Assembly: GCA_964535675.1 (NCBI GenBank)
Contig: CAZHTD010000007.1
Span: 5,701 to 69,700, forward strand
DNA: 64,000 nt
Direction: 5' to 3'
From: an uncultured Bifidobacteriaceae bacterium
GTDB lineage: Bacteria; Acidobacteriota; Vicinamibacteria; Vicinamibacterales; UBA2999
In this document: positions 25,500 to 34,871 of the stretch, in pieces
How positions within the stretch are numbered: the stretch's first letter is position 1
Layout: each line of letters opens with the position of its first letter
Position numbers and translations under genes: made by a program
The notes under the pieces: generated by a model
What the model was told of the DNA's origin: nothing
Databases searched by the model: none
The model's input: only the letters and a program-made list of their open reading frames with translations

Positions 25500-27320
25500 C
25501 TACTCGTCCCCCTGCTCGTCGTTTGCCGCCGGCAGCTCGACGGGAGCGGGGGGGGCGATCGGCACCACGGGGGCGAGGCCGTCAGGCAGGATGATTCCGC
25601 CTGCGGGAGGCTGGGGCAGCGCAACCGGCGGCAGTGCTCCGGCGTTCCCGAGGTCGTTGAGGCCGGCGGCCTCGCTACGTACGGTGAAGGCGCGTAGGTC
25701 TTCCTCGTCGAGGTCGAGGACGCGCACGATGCGGGGTGTCAGCGTCAGGACGATATCGGTTTCCTGCGTCTCACGTCGCGTGTGGGCGAAGAGCCGGCCG
25801 ATGACTGGGATATCGCTCAGGCCGGGTACTCCCCTGATGACCTGCCGTTCGTCGTCTCGGATCAGGCCTGCCAGCAGGTTGGTTTCGCCGTCGCGCAGCC
25901 GGATCACCGTGTTGATCTGGCGCGTGCCGAAGGTGGGCAGGCCGCTGAACCCCGTGCCCGTGATGCTGCTCACCTCGATGTTGAGCGCCAACGAGACTTC
26001 GTCGTCGTGGTGCATCCGTGGCGTGATGTCGATGTTCACACCGATGTTCCGGTAGTTGAACGACGTGATCGGCTGCTGGTTCACGCCGCCGGTGGCGATC
26101 GGCGAGAAGACCGTGACCGGCACCGGCACCTCCTCGCCGAAGGCTGCCTGCGCGACGATGCCCTCCGAAGTGCGGAGCTGCGGATTCGCCAGCGTCCGGG
26201 TGCTCGTGTCCTGCTTGAGCAGCCGGTAGAACAGGCTCGGAAGGTTCGTCAGGAACAGGTCCGACTGCGTCAGGTTCCGGAGGTCGCGTAACGTCAGGTC
26301 GGCCTGGTCGGCGACGATGGCCCCGTCGATGCCGGGCGAGTCACCCGAAGCCAGCTGCAGCCCGTACTCCTGGAGGCTCGATCGGTCGACCTCGAGAAGC
26401 TCGACGTCGATGATGACCTCGGGCCGCGCCTTGTCGATTGCGTCGATGACACGCGCGGCAGCCGCCACGCGGTTGGGCGTGTCGCGAATCGTCAGGGCGT
26501 TGGTAGCCGCGATCGGCGCAATGCGCCGCGCGTCCATGACGATCCGGAGCAAATCGATCGTCTCAGTGAGCTCGGCGTTGCTCAGGTAGAAGGTCCGGAC
26601 GATCTCGGTGCTGTAGACAGCGCGACGCTCGGCTGTGTCGGGCACGACCGTGATCGTGCGGGGCCCGGTTACTTGGTAGAAGTTGGTTGACGCCAGCCCG
26701 ACGGTCTCGAGTGCCTCCGCGATGGTGGCGCCCCGGAGGTCGATGCTGAGCGTCCGGTTCTGGTACTGTGGGTCGAACGCCAAGCTCAGGTTCGCGAATT
26801 GCGCGAGTGCAGCGTAGATGTCGCGGACACTGGCCTCACGGAAGGTGAGCGTCGCCGGCAGCGTCGCGTCGTCGGGCAGCTCCAGGCCGAGTGGCGGCAG
26901 ATCGCGGGTGCGCTCAATCATAGCCTCGAGTGCGGTCTGGCCGTTGCGGGTGAGCGTGATGCGGTTTCGGAGCCTCGTGCGTAGGCCGCGCAGCGCCTCG
27001 TCGATCTGGGCGCTTCCGGGATTCAGCTCGGCTGCGAGCTGGAATTCGAGGAGGGCCTGATCGAGTTGGCCGGCGGCCTCAAGCCGACGCCCAGCGGCGA
27101 AATGGTCCTGCGCGGCGCGGAGCCGGGCGCGCTCAAGCGCGTCGCGGACGGCCTGATTCCCAGGGTCCTCTTGCAGAATCCGGGTGTATTCGGCCACGGC
27201 ACGGTCGTAGTCCTGCGAGGCCTCAGCCTGTTGCGCAGTGCGCAGGCTCGCGGTCGTGGCACAGCCGGCTAGGCAGGCAGCGGCTAGGACCGCGACGAGG
27301 AGCCTACTGAATCGAGCCAT
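25500..27320 (-). CDS. secretin-family outer-membrane protein with a lipoprotein signal and an N-terminal TPR region
   Basis: ORF track, 606 aa. Lipobox: MARFSRLLVAVLAAACLAGC. TPR-like region: DYDRAVAEYTRILQEDPGNQAVRDALERA... C-terminal secretin core: ANPQLRTSEG...NYRNIGVNIDITPRM...TRQINTVIRLRDGETNLLAGLIRDDE...GVPGLSDIPVIGRLF...ETDIVLTLTPRIV. Confidence 0.8.
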   Translation of the reverse strand: MARFSRLLVAVLAAACLAGCATTASLRTAQQAEASQDYDRAVAEYTRILQEDPGNQAVRDALERARLRAAQDHFAAGRRLEAAGQLDQALLEFQLAAELNPGSAQIDEALRGLRTRLRNRITLTRNGQTALEAMIERTRDLPPLGLELPDDATLPATLTFREASVRDIYAALAQFANLSLAFDPQYQNRTLSIDLRGATIAEALETVGLASTNFYQVTGPRTITVVPDTAERRAVYSTEIVRTFYLSNAELTETIDLLRIVMDARRIAPIAATNALTIRDTPNRVAAAARVIDAIDKARPEVIIDVELLEVDRSSLQEYGLQLASGDSPGIDGAIVADQADLTLRDLRNLTQSDLFLTNLPSLFYRLLKQDTSTRTLANPQLRTSEGIVAQAAFGEEVPVPVTVFSPIATGGVNQQPITSFNYRNIGVNIDITPRMHHDDEVSLALNIEVSSITGTGFSGLPTFGTRQINTVIRLRDGETNLLAGLIRDDERQVIRGVPGLSDIPVIGRLFAHTRRETQETDIVLTLTPRIVRVLDLDEEDLRAFTVRSEAAGLNDLGNAGALPPVALPQPPAGGIILPDGLAPVVPIAPPAPVELPAANDEQGDE

Positions 27321-27984
27321 CGCTGATCACATCCGTTCCGCGCGGGATGCGGAACACGAAGTCGTTATCGGTCAGTCCCTGGTTTTCCTGCAGATTGGCG
27401 AAGGAGATGGTCGAGTCGCCGCCCTGGAAGTCGCGCGCTGAGAGCGCGAGGATCTGGAGCGAGTCGATGTCTAGCGTCAGCAGCAGGTACTCGAACTCTG
27501 GGTCGGCGCCGAGGGGCGTGAGCCGGAGCACTGTAGTGCCTTCTGCTACCGGTACGTCGGCGTACGCGGCCTCGAAGTCCCGCGTGATGTTGCCCTTGCC
27601 GGCGAGGAAGAGGGCCGGCGTGCCCAACTTGTCGTCGGGGGGTACGTCGGCCACGAATACCTTCTGGTCGGCCGGGATGTACGAGTAGACGCGCTCGCCA
27701 TCAGACACGAATTCCTTTGGCTCGGGGCTGGTGTACACCCACCGCATCATGCCGGGCTTCCTGACCTGCACCGTGCCCTGCTCGGTGGCTGTCGTCCGCA
27801 GTACTCCGCCACGGTACGTCTGAACGAAGTCGGCGGAGAAGTCACGAACGCTCGCGTAGCGCGTTTGGAGCGCCACGGCCAGCGCGTCGGCCCCGTCCGT
27901 ATCCTGCGCCACGAGGCCCCAAGGGGCCACGACCGCCGCCACGATCAAGCCACTGCGTAACACGCGCGTCATAAGCGTTTCCAT
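27304..27984 (-). CDS. lolA: outer-membrane lipoprotein carrier protein LolA-like
   Basis: ORF 27304..28029 trimmed to ATG 27984 (METLMTRVLRSGLIVAAVVAPWGLVAQ signal peptide). FSADFVQTYRGGVLRTTATEQGTVQVRKPGMMRWVY...FVSDGERVYSYIP. The stop overlaps the secretin start by 17 nt. Confidence 0.8.
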   Translation of the reverse strand: METLMTRVLRSGLIVAAVVAPWGLVAQDTDGADALAVALQTRYASVRDFSADFVQTYRGGVLRTTATEQGTVQVRKPGMMRWVYTSPEPKEFVSDGERVYSYIPADQKVFVADVPPDDKLGTPALFLAGKGNITRDFEAAYADVPVAEGTTVLRLTPLGADPEFEYLLLTLDIDSLQILALSARDFQGGDSTISFANLQENQGLTDNDFVFRIPRGTDVISDGSIQ

Positions 27985-28080
27985 CCTAACTCGAACCTTA
28001 TCACGCGGCGTGTTTCGAGCACGTAACACGGCTGGTTGTGAGGCCGTGGCAACCGTGACGCGGGCTGTGACGGAAAGGCA

Positions 28081-28089
28081 TGGTGGACC
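28081..28089 (+). repeat. 9-nt direct copy (TGGTGGACC) of the 3' end of tRNA-Ala at 33498-33506; possible att remnant
   Basis: An exact 9-mer occurs in the same orientation at both sites. On the tRNA strand, the tRNA end GCGGTCCACCA compares with GTGGTCCACCA here (10 of 11). The match is short, so chance cannot be excluded. Confidence 0.3.
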
Positions 28090-28160
28090 ACCGACTTTCG
28101 CTTTGTAGCATCATCACGTGTTGTCCAGCACTAGTCTTTGCAAAATACCTGCAAATCTAC

Positions 28161-29014
28161 TTATTGTGACGATGTTGCCTTGGTTCGTTCGGACACTATC
28201 GCGAAGGCGTCAATGCCGAACACCACGTAGACGACCTCGTCCCATGTGGCCACATACGTCAGGTCCGCCACCCACAAGGCGTTTGACGTATCGCGGCGAA
28301 ACACACGCCGCACTAGACCGGTCGGACGGGAGGTCGAGACGGCCGGCACAATCGTCCTACAGCGCCGGCCCTGCACAGTGCCGGGTAGCCCCACCTGCTG
28401 CATCCCGTCGCGACACCGTGCAACGTGCGACCAAGATGCCCTCGCGGCCCAACTGCCGCCAGCCCTTGCGGGCACCGTAGACCTGAACGTGCGTGTCTCC
28501 CACACATCGGATCGCGGTCTGTAGCCACGCATCGTGTCGAGCCCTCGCCGGGCGTCGTTTAGGGTCCACTTGGCGTGCCTAGTGGGTGTAGTACGGCGAC
28601 GGGGCAATCGGCGCACCGCGCAGATCGGCTCAACGTCACCACGGCTTCGGTCGGCGGGCAAGTTCCCCTTGGGTAACAAACTGCCCAAGCTTTATGCAGG
28701 ATCACATTCGCACTCTGCAACTCTCGACGCTTGCGCTCGAGTGCCTTCACCCGCGTCGGTTTCTTGGCCGTCAGCCTCGCTCATCGCCCCTGGCCCCTCT
28801 CCGTCAACAAGGGGCGGATGCTTACAACGCTGAGTGCGCTGGGGTCGTCGTAGAAGGGGGCATAGGAGGAAGGGATCCACCAACGCATAGGGCGACCCCG
28901 CGAGCGCTATCCCACTCCGAGGACCGCCGCCATGGCCACCGTCGCGGCCAGCCCCGCACGGACGATGCGCTAGGTGAGGGTGAGATCCCGCAAGAAACGT
29001 TCCATCACTGACTC
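28161..29014 (-). mobile_element. decayed, 3'-truncated IS3-family insertion sequence (orfA/orfB remnants)
   Basis: Minus-strand fragments lie in several frames. OrfA HTH part: RIVRAGLAATVAMAAVLGV. OrfA end: RLTAKKPTRVKALERKRRELQSANVILHKA. OrfB: IAPSPYYTH-TAG-ARQVDPKRRPARARHDAWLQTAIRCVGDTHVQVYGARKGWRQLGREGILVARCTVSRR then MQQVGLPGTVQGRRCRT...NALWVADLTYVATWDEVVYVVFGIDAFA, ending just after the first catalytic-core strand. It carries stops and frameshifts, and the outer boundary is approximate. Confidence 0.7.
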
Positions 29015-29079
29015 AGACACCACCCCTCATCGGTGACCCACCAAGTCTGGCGGCAGCAGCAGGTTCTTCTGCATCCTAG

Positions 29080-32019
29080 CTAGAAGCGGAAGCCCATGGC
29101 GACTAGGAACGACCGCGCGGCACGATAAGCGCCGGCCGAGGTGGCTTCGCCGAAACGGTCTCCCTCCACGTAAGCGGTCGGGATCCCCAGTGCGTCGAGC
29201 GGCCCCTCCCAATCTGGACGGATCGTGGTATTGAAGGAGATCAGCTTGTCGTTGTTGGTCAGGTTGTACCACTCGATCTTCAGCCACGGCCGCAGGCTTC
29301 GCCAGACCGGGATCTCGTAATGGAGGGACAGGTCGAACCGGCCGGAGCCATTGTAGAGTTCGGAACCGCGGCCGGCCGCGTAGTACAACGTCCGCGACGA
29401 AGGACCGTCGACGTAGCCGAGTTCATCCAGCATCGCCTGCTGCTCCGGCGTCACGCGGAAGTTGCTCGACGTAAGGCTGTAGTTCTCCGCCGAGTCGTAG
29501 CGCCAGAACCCGCCGACATCGAGTTCGCCCGCGGCGCCCATGCCGAGGGTGTAGATCCCCCAGACACGGAACCGGTGCTTTTGGTAGTCGTCGAGGTGGC
29601 CCCAGGGATAGAACCGGTCCTCCGGTGAAATTTCTGGCCAGTCGCCATAGACCGACGAGGTACCAGGCGTGTTCGTGCCTTCTCCGTCGAAGTTCCCCTC
29701 GTTGCGGAGCTGGATCGTCCAAGACCCGTTCAGTAGCAGATCGTCGAACGACTGGTAGCGCGTCATAAACTGGAGTCCGTCGTAGTTTCGTTGCAGCGCC
29801 CCGCGCTCGTCCCCCAGGTCTCCCGGGTTGCGGTAGAACTTGTTCGTGAACTCGCCGTACTCGTCGCCGGTCTCCGGATCCGTCAGTACCGTTGTCCCCG
29901 TCGTCAAGTCCTGGTAGGCCTCCACGAAGCTGCGGGCGCGGCGCCGGACGTAGGTCGCCTGGAGGTACCCGCGCGTCCCGAGCGTCGCGCCGCTCGACAG
30001 CGTGAACTCCTCGGTGACGGGCGAATTGAGTCGTTCGTCCGTGAAGACGTTCTGCGTCGGGAAGCGTCCCAGGATAGGGATGTAGTTGGCTGGGTCGAGT
30101 CCGGGGCAGTCGAGCGCAGTGGCGGTGGGAAGGCCCGGGCAGTCGTGCGGCGGACCGGTGTAGAGCCCGAGCAACAGGCTAGGGTTGCCGACGTTAGTGT
30201 TCTCGGCGAACTGCGCTTCGCTGTATTTCCCGGAGTAGTGGCTGTAGGTCGCCTGGATCGAGTAGCGACCGTCGCCGAGCGGATCGTAGGAGGTGGCCAG
30301 ACGCGGGACGATTGCCCGCGTGTCGACAGTCGTGATGTCGCCTGGGGTCGCCTCGCTCGATACGTACTCACCCCGTAAGCCTAGGTTGAACGAGAGGTGC
30401 TCGTTCAGGATCCAGTTGTCGTTGACGAAGAACGACGTCGTGTCAATGTCAATGCGGGCCCCCCGCGACGGAATCCAGTGCTCGATAAGCGACTCGAACG
30501 TGGAGAACACTGGGATCAGTCGGTTGTCGACCAGCACCGGATCGCCGTTCTCATCCACCTTGTAGTCCGCGTCAAAGACGTAACCCGTGGACGTCTGCGA
30601 GTTGCCGCCGGTGCGCGTCGAGCGGTAGCGCTCGACGCCCACCTTCACGTTGTGCGACCCGAACGACTCGGTTCCCCGGTACCAGGTGACGTTGCCAGTC
30701 ACCTGGAGGTTGTCCCGGTCCTCGGGATCGGTCGCATCGAAATACGGCGCGTTGTAGTGCCCCAACTCCTGCGTCAGGGTCACGAAGGGCGAGTACCCGA
30801 TGCTCGTCTCCTCCCCGCCACCGCCCCGGAAGCCGAAGCGCTTGCGGGACACCTGCGCCTCGGCGAAGACGTTCCGACTCAGGCCGCCTCGGTAAGTCGT
30901 CACGTACAGATCGTTCGGCCGCGTTGCGTCGTTCTGCACGTCGGGGGTGATGCTGAAACCGAACGTGGGCCGGCCGAAGTGAGCTGTCTGGTTCCGCATG
31001 TATTGGCTCGACAACGTGTGTCCCGGCGCCAGTGTCGCGGTCAGCTTGACTTGGTTCCGGTCGTTGTTGGTACTCGTGTTGTAGGAGATGCCGGTCTGCC
31101 CGAAGCTATCGCTGTCGGTGGTCCGGGCGCGGCGCATCGAGTAGAAAAACCAGAGTCGGTCGTGCACGATCGGTCCGCCGAGCGTCGCCTCGTGCGTCTG
31201 GTTCAGAACGTCCTCCCGCTCCACCTCGTTTTCCACCTCGTACGGATTAAGCCCTTCCCAAGTGGGGTTGTCGAAGTTGGTACGCCAACTGCCCGAGAAC
31301 ATGTTGCCGCCGCTCTTCGTAATGACGTTGACGACACCGCCGGAAAACCGCCCGTACTCGGCAGAAATACCGGAGGTGAGCACCTGCGTCTCCTCGATCG
31401 CGTCGGCGACGTACAGCGCGTTCGACGTGCCGAACAAGTTGTCGTTCGTGTCCACTCCGTCGATCAAGTAGACGTTGTCATATGCGAACGAGCCGTTGAT
31501 CGCCAGCTGCCCCCCGTTCGGTGTGTTTGTGTTCAACCCGGGCTGAACGGCGGCGATGCCGAACGGTGTCCGGCCCACCGGCAGTGCATTCACTTCGTCG
31601 ACCACCATGTTCGAAGCGGTCTCAGTTGTCTGGATCTCCGCCGGGATGACGCCCACGACCTGGACCGACTCGGTCACGCCGGCGGGGGTGAGGATCGTGT
31701 TGACGCCGACCTCGCCGCCGAGCGGCACGGTCACCCTCTCCTCCACGTCGTCGAACCCGGACAGGGCAAATACCACGGCGTAGTTCCCCGGCGGGAGTTG
31801 CGGCAGCGAGTAGTTGCCGTTGACGTCAGTGACGGCGATCCGCGTTCCCTGCAGGGACGGTGAGCTGACTGTGACGGAGACGCCGGGGAGCGCGAGCCCC
31901 TGCGAATCGATCGTGGTGCCGCTGATGGTGCCGGTCTGGCGACCTTGCCCGAGCGCATCGGTCGTGCACATGAGGGCCAGCGCGAAACCGATCCCAGGCG
32001 CGAGCACTCTCTTCAACAT
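29080..32019 (-). CDS. TonB-dependent receptor with a carboxypeptidase-regulatory-like N-terminal domain
   Basis: ORF track, 979 aa. Signal peptide, then GTISGTTIDSQGLALPGVSVTVSSP...TDVNGNYSLPQLPPGNYAVVFALSGF, a plug region (YLIDGVDTND, GISAEYGRFSGGVVNVITKSG), a long beta-barrel, and a terminal aromatic (MGFRF). Confidence 0.9.
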   Translation of the reverse strand: MLKRVLAPGIGFALALMCTTDALGQGRQTGTISGTTIDSQGLALPGVSVTVSSPSLQGTRIAVTDVNGNYSLPQLPPGNYAVVFALSGFDDVEERVTVPLGGEVGVNTILTPAGVTESVQVVGVIPAEIQTTETASNMVVDEVNALPVGRTPFGIAAVQPGLNTNTPNGGQLAINGSFAYDNVYLIDGVDTNDNLFGTSNALYVADAIEETQVLTSGISAEYGRFSGGVVNVITKSGGNMFSGSWRTNFDNPTWEGLNPYEVENEVEREDVLNQTHEATLGGPIVHDRLWFFYSMRRARTTDSDSFGQTGISYNTSTNNDRNQVKLTATLAPGHTLSSQYMRNQTAHFGRPTFGFSITPDVQNDATRPNDLYVTTYRGGLSRNVFAEAQVSRKRFGFRGGGGEETSIGYSPFVTLTQELGHYNAPYFDATDPEDRDNLQVTGNVTWYRGTESFGSHNVKVGVERYRSTRTGGNSQTSTGYVFDADYKVDENGDPVLVDNRLIPVFSTFESLIEHWIPSRGARIDIDTTSFFVNDNWILNEHLSFNLGLRGEYVSSEATPGDITTVDTRAIVPRLATSYDPLGDGRYSIQATYSHYSGKYSEAQFAENTNVGNPSLLLGLYTGPPHDCPGLPTATALDCPGLDPANYIPILGRFPTQNVFTDERLNSPVTEEFTLSSGATLGTRGYLQATYVRRRARSFVEAYQDLTTGTTVLTDPETGDEYGEFTNKFYRNPGDLGDERGALQRNYDGLQFMTRYQSFDDLLLNGSWTIQLRNEGNFDGEGTNTPGTSSVYGDWPEISPEDRFYPWGHLDDYQKHRFRVWGIYTLGMGAAGELDVGGFWRYDSAENYSLTSSNFRVTPEQQAMLDELGYVDGPSSRTLYYAAGRGSELYNGSGRFDLSLHYEIPVWRSLRPWLKIEWYNLTNNDKLISFNTTIRPDWEGPLDALGIPTAYVEGDRFGEATSAGAYRAARSFLVAMGFRF

Positions 32020-32694
32020 TCTCGATACCTGCCAACTAGGGCAGCGAGCCCCATTATGGTGTTACCCGCTGATATCTAACGGAGGCCGCAAAGAAACAGA
32101 AGCACGCAAAGTAACAGGGCCTAGCTAAGCCCCGGCGGTGCCGGCGCGACTGATCGTCGAACTCGGACACAACTGACAAGACCGGAACGGCATGGAGAAC
32201 CCGCACCGTCGGTTGACACGCCGTCCAACAGAGTGATTCACCTCAAGCAGACTCGGTTCGGGCCGAATCCAAAGACCTCCACCATTGAATCATATCGCTA
32301 AGAGCGAAACTCGGAACGGTACCCAGTCGTACCCTGTATTCATGGGGTGAAAGGAGTTGCTTGGAGGTAGTGGTGCTCGGAGTTACGACGCTTCTTGGCA
32401 TCGATTGTCGGCATCGTCATCCTCTCATGATACGTTGCTCGCTAGATCAGAGCCGCGGCAGATGGTTCGGATCACACGCACGCGTCGAGGCAGGTGCCGA
32501 CGGAGTAACGCGAGCCATCCACCGGCGAATGGCATCGTTGTCCGGCCCCCTAGGTGTAGCGCCTCGTCGACGAGGACCATGAAGCTTGGGCCGAAGCTGG
32601 TAGCTGGGCACTTGCCGGGCTCGATCGTGACAGCGCATCCGGCAGGCCGTGGGCGGCTTAAGCCGACATGCGCCTGCTTATGTAGCTGCCACGT

Positions 32695-33087
32695 TCAGAC
32701 GCTCATCGCGATCCGACGTGCGGTTTCCGCGCGACCGGCCATCCAGGCAACCACGAGGTAGAATGGCATCTCAAGCCACGTCCACGCTGGCGCTGCCAGC
32801 AGCATCGCATTCGCAATGCCGGATCCGAGTGACACGATGCCGACGATCATCGCCAGTATCATCCAGTGGGAGCTGCCCAACCGTGCGGCGACCCACGCCC
32901 CGACGAACGACTGACCCAGATGGGCCACGAACACCAGAATCCACGCCGCTGCAGGGAGGTCTTGGATCGCATCCCGCATCCGCGCCCTATCCGCGAGGTC
33001 GACGCCATCGGGAAGAGGAAAGAGGACGGTGTTGAGCTGGACGAGCGCGAGATTGACGATCATCCCAACGACGAGTCCCGCGATCAT
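32695..33087 (-). CDS. small multi-pass membrane protein, unknown function
   Basis: ORF 32695..33237 trimmed to ATG 33087: MIAGLVVGMIVNLALVQLNTVLFPLPDGVDLADRARMRDAIQDLPAAAWILVFVAHLGQSFVGAWVAARLG... The start is uncertain. Confidence 0.5.
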   Translation of the reverse strand: MIAGLVVGMIVNLALVQLNTVLFPLPDGVDLADRARMRDAIQDLPAAAWILVFVAHLGQSFVGAWVAARLGSSHWMILAMIVGIVSLGSGIANAMLLAAPAWTWLEMPFYLVVAWMAGRAETARRIAMSV

Positions 33088-33249
33088 GGCGCCGACGTTT
33101 CGGAGTACGGCAACCTCCCGGATAACGATCCCTAGTATTTTACGTGAAGGCCTGTAGGACGGGCTGGCCGTGATCCGGAACGGTTCAGGGGCTCCTGCCC
33201 GCCTCGACGATAGCCACCTCTCGGAGGGTTCTCGCATTCTTTCAATTCG

Positions 33250-33272
33250 CCGCAGTGCTCATTGCACTGCGG
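33250..33272. other. perfect 9-bp stem / 5-nt loop hairpin
   Basis: CCGCAGTGC tcatt GCACTGCGG. It lies between tRNA-Ala and the membrane-protein gene and has no flanking U-tract. Confidence 0.35.
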
Positions 33273-33497
33273 AGGGTATGACACCGATTCTAGCCACCAT
33301 GGCCGCGCGGAGTCGAACGATAGCGTGCGGCCACCTGCAAAGCAAAGGACCGGCCTTCATTTGGCCTAGTGGGGAGTAGGTTGGAGGAACTGCGACGTTA
33401 CGGGTCCGACGTGGCTCAAGAATGGGTAACGAAACAGGCAATAGCCCAAAATGTGATCCAGTAACCTCAATAAAAACAACAAGTTAATGATGTGTAG

Positions 33498-33573
33498 TGG
33501 TGGACCGCATGGGGCTCGAACCCACGACCTTCGCGTTGCGAACGCGACGCTCTCCCAGCTGAGCTAGCGGCCC
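33498..33573 (-). tRNA. tRNA-Ala (anticodon CGC)
   Basis: The reverse complement GGGCCGCTAGCTCAGCTGGGAGAGCGTCGCGTTCGCAACGCGAAGGTCGTGGGTTCGAGCCCCATGCGGTCCACCA folds as a 76-nt cloverleaf. It has a 7-bp acceptor stem with the G3:U70 alanine identity pair, anticodon loop TTCGCAA, a GTTCGAG T-loop, and an encoded CCA. Confidence 0.95.
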
Positions 33574-33791
33574 GATCGAACTCGCGCCGGTTACGCGACC
33601 CTAACGGCCGCTAATGACCCCGCGCACCCGATCTGCGATCGTAGCATGCTCCCCGAGGGCGGGCAACGAGACGACCGATGGGGTGGTGTCTCTCCGTCAA
33701 ACGGAGACACTACCGCCAATGGTGGGTGCTATACTCGATGTGTCCCCCTCCCCACGAACTGACACTTCCCCCTGCTGCGAGCAATCGGTAC

Positions 33792-34871
33792 ATGGTCCTT
33801 AACCGACTTGGAATCCTCACCGGTGGCGGTGATGCCCCTGGCCTCAATGCGGTCATTCGCGCGGTCGTCAAGTCGGCACACAACGCCGGCATCGAGGTGG
33901 TCGGCCTTGAGGACAGTTTCGATGGTTTGATCTACCCGGAGAAGGCGCGGCCACTCGGATTGCGTGACGTTACTGGCATTTTGCGCCGAGGCGGCACGAT
34001 TCTCGGCACCGTCAACACTGGCAACCCGTTCGCCAAGCCGATCGAAACACCCGAAGGCACGTTCGATTACGCGGACCGCGTGATGGAGCGATTCCAGGAA
34101 ACCGACTTGGACGCTCTCATCTGTATCGGCGGCGACGGGACGCTGGCGATTGCCTACGAGTTCCACAAGCGTGGCATCCCGCTGGTCGGCGTGCCCAAGA
34201 CCATCGACAACGACATCGTGGGCACGACCAGCTGCTTTGGCTTCGACACGGCGGTGAGCTTCGCGACCGAGGCGATCGATCGCCTGCATACGACGGCCGA
34301 ATCACACCGGCGTGTAATTGTGGTGGAGGTGATGGGTCGCCACGCCGGGTGGATCGCGCTGCACGGCGGCGTGGCCGGTGGTGCCGACGTCATCCTGATT
34401 CCCGAAGTCCCCTATGACATCGACAAGGTGACGGCGACGATCCGCCGCCGCGATGCGTGGGGCGGGAAATTTAGCATCGTGGTCGTGGCCGAGGGCGCCA
34501 TACCGGTCGGGGGTGCGCCTTCGGTGATCGATCCTGGCGACGAGAGCCACGCCGCGCGACTCGGCGGCGCAGGAATCCGCGTGACTGCCGAGCTTGAGGA
34601 GCGCATGGGCAAGGAAACTCGATGTGTGGTACTCGGCCATCTGCAGCGCGGCGGTTCTCCCACGGCGTTCGATCGCGCCCTGGCGACCCGTTTCGGCGGC
34701 AAGGCTGTGGAACTGCTCCAGAATGGCCAGTTCGGAAAGGTGACCGCAAATCATCCGCCGGACATCGTGCCCATGCCGCTCGGGGAGATCGTGGGTCGGA
34801 CGAAGCTCGTTCCGCTTGACTACGACCTTTTCCTAACCGCCCGCGCCCTCGGCATCGGCTTCGGTGACTGA
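33792..34871 (+). CDS. pfkA: 6-phosphofructokinase
   Basis: ORF 33678..34871 trimmed to ATG 33792: LGILTGGGDAPGLNAVIRAVV...ICIGGDGTLAIA...GVPKTIDNDIVGT...VVEVMGRHAGWIAL...LGHLQRGG. Confidence 0.85.
   Translation: MVLNRLGILTGGGDAPGLNAVIRAVVKSAHNAGIEVVGLEDSFDGLIYPEKARPLGLRDVTGILRRGGTILGTVNTGNPFAKPIETPEGTFDYADRVMERFQETDLDALICIGGDGTLAIAYEFHKRGIPLVGVPKTIDNDIVGTTSCFGFDTAVSFATEAIDRLHTTAESHRRVIVVEVMGRHAGWIALHGGVAGGADVILIPEVPYDIDKVTATIRRRDAWGGKFSIVVVAEGAIPVGGAPSVIDPGDESHAARLGGAGIRVTAELEERMGKETRCVVLGHLQRGGSPTAFDRALATRFGGKAVELLQNGQFGKVTANHPPDIVPMPLGEIVGRTKLVPLDYDLFLTARALGIGFGD

Noticed and set aside
32020-32360. A cobalamin riboswitch in front of the TonB-dependent receptor.
   Set aside because: I looked on the minus strand for the B12-box (AGYCMGGAGACCKGCC-like) and the GGTGNNAATCC / GCCACTG elements. 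Only a weak GGTGAATC resemblance is present. A covariance-model scan would be needed for a definitive exclusion.
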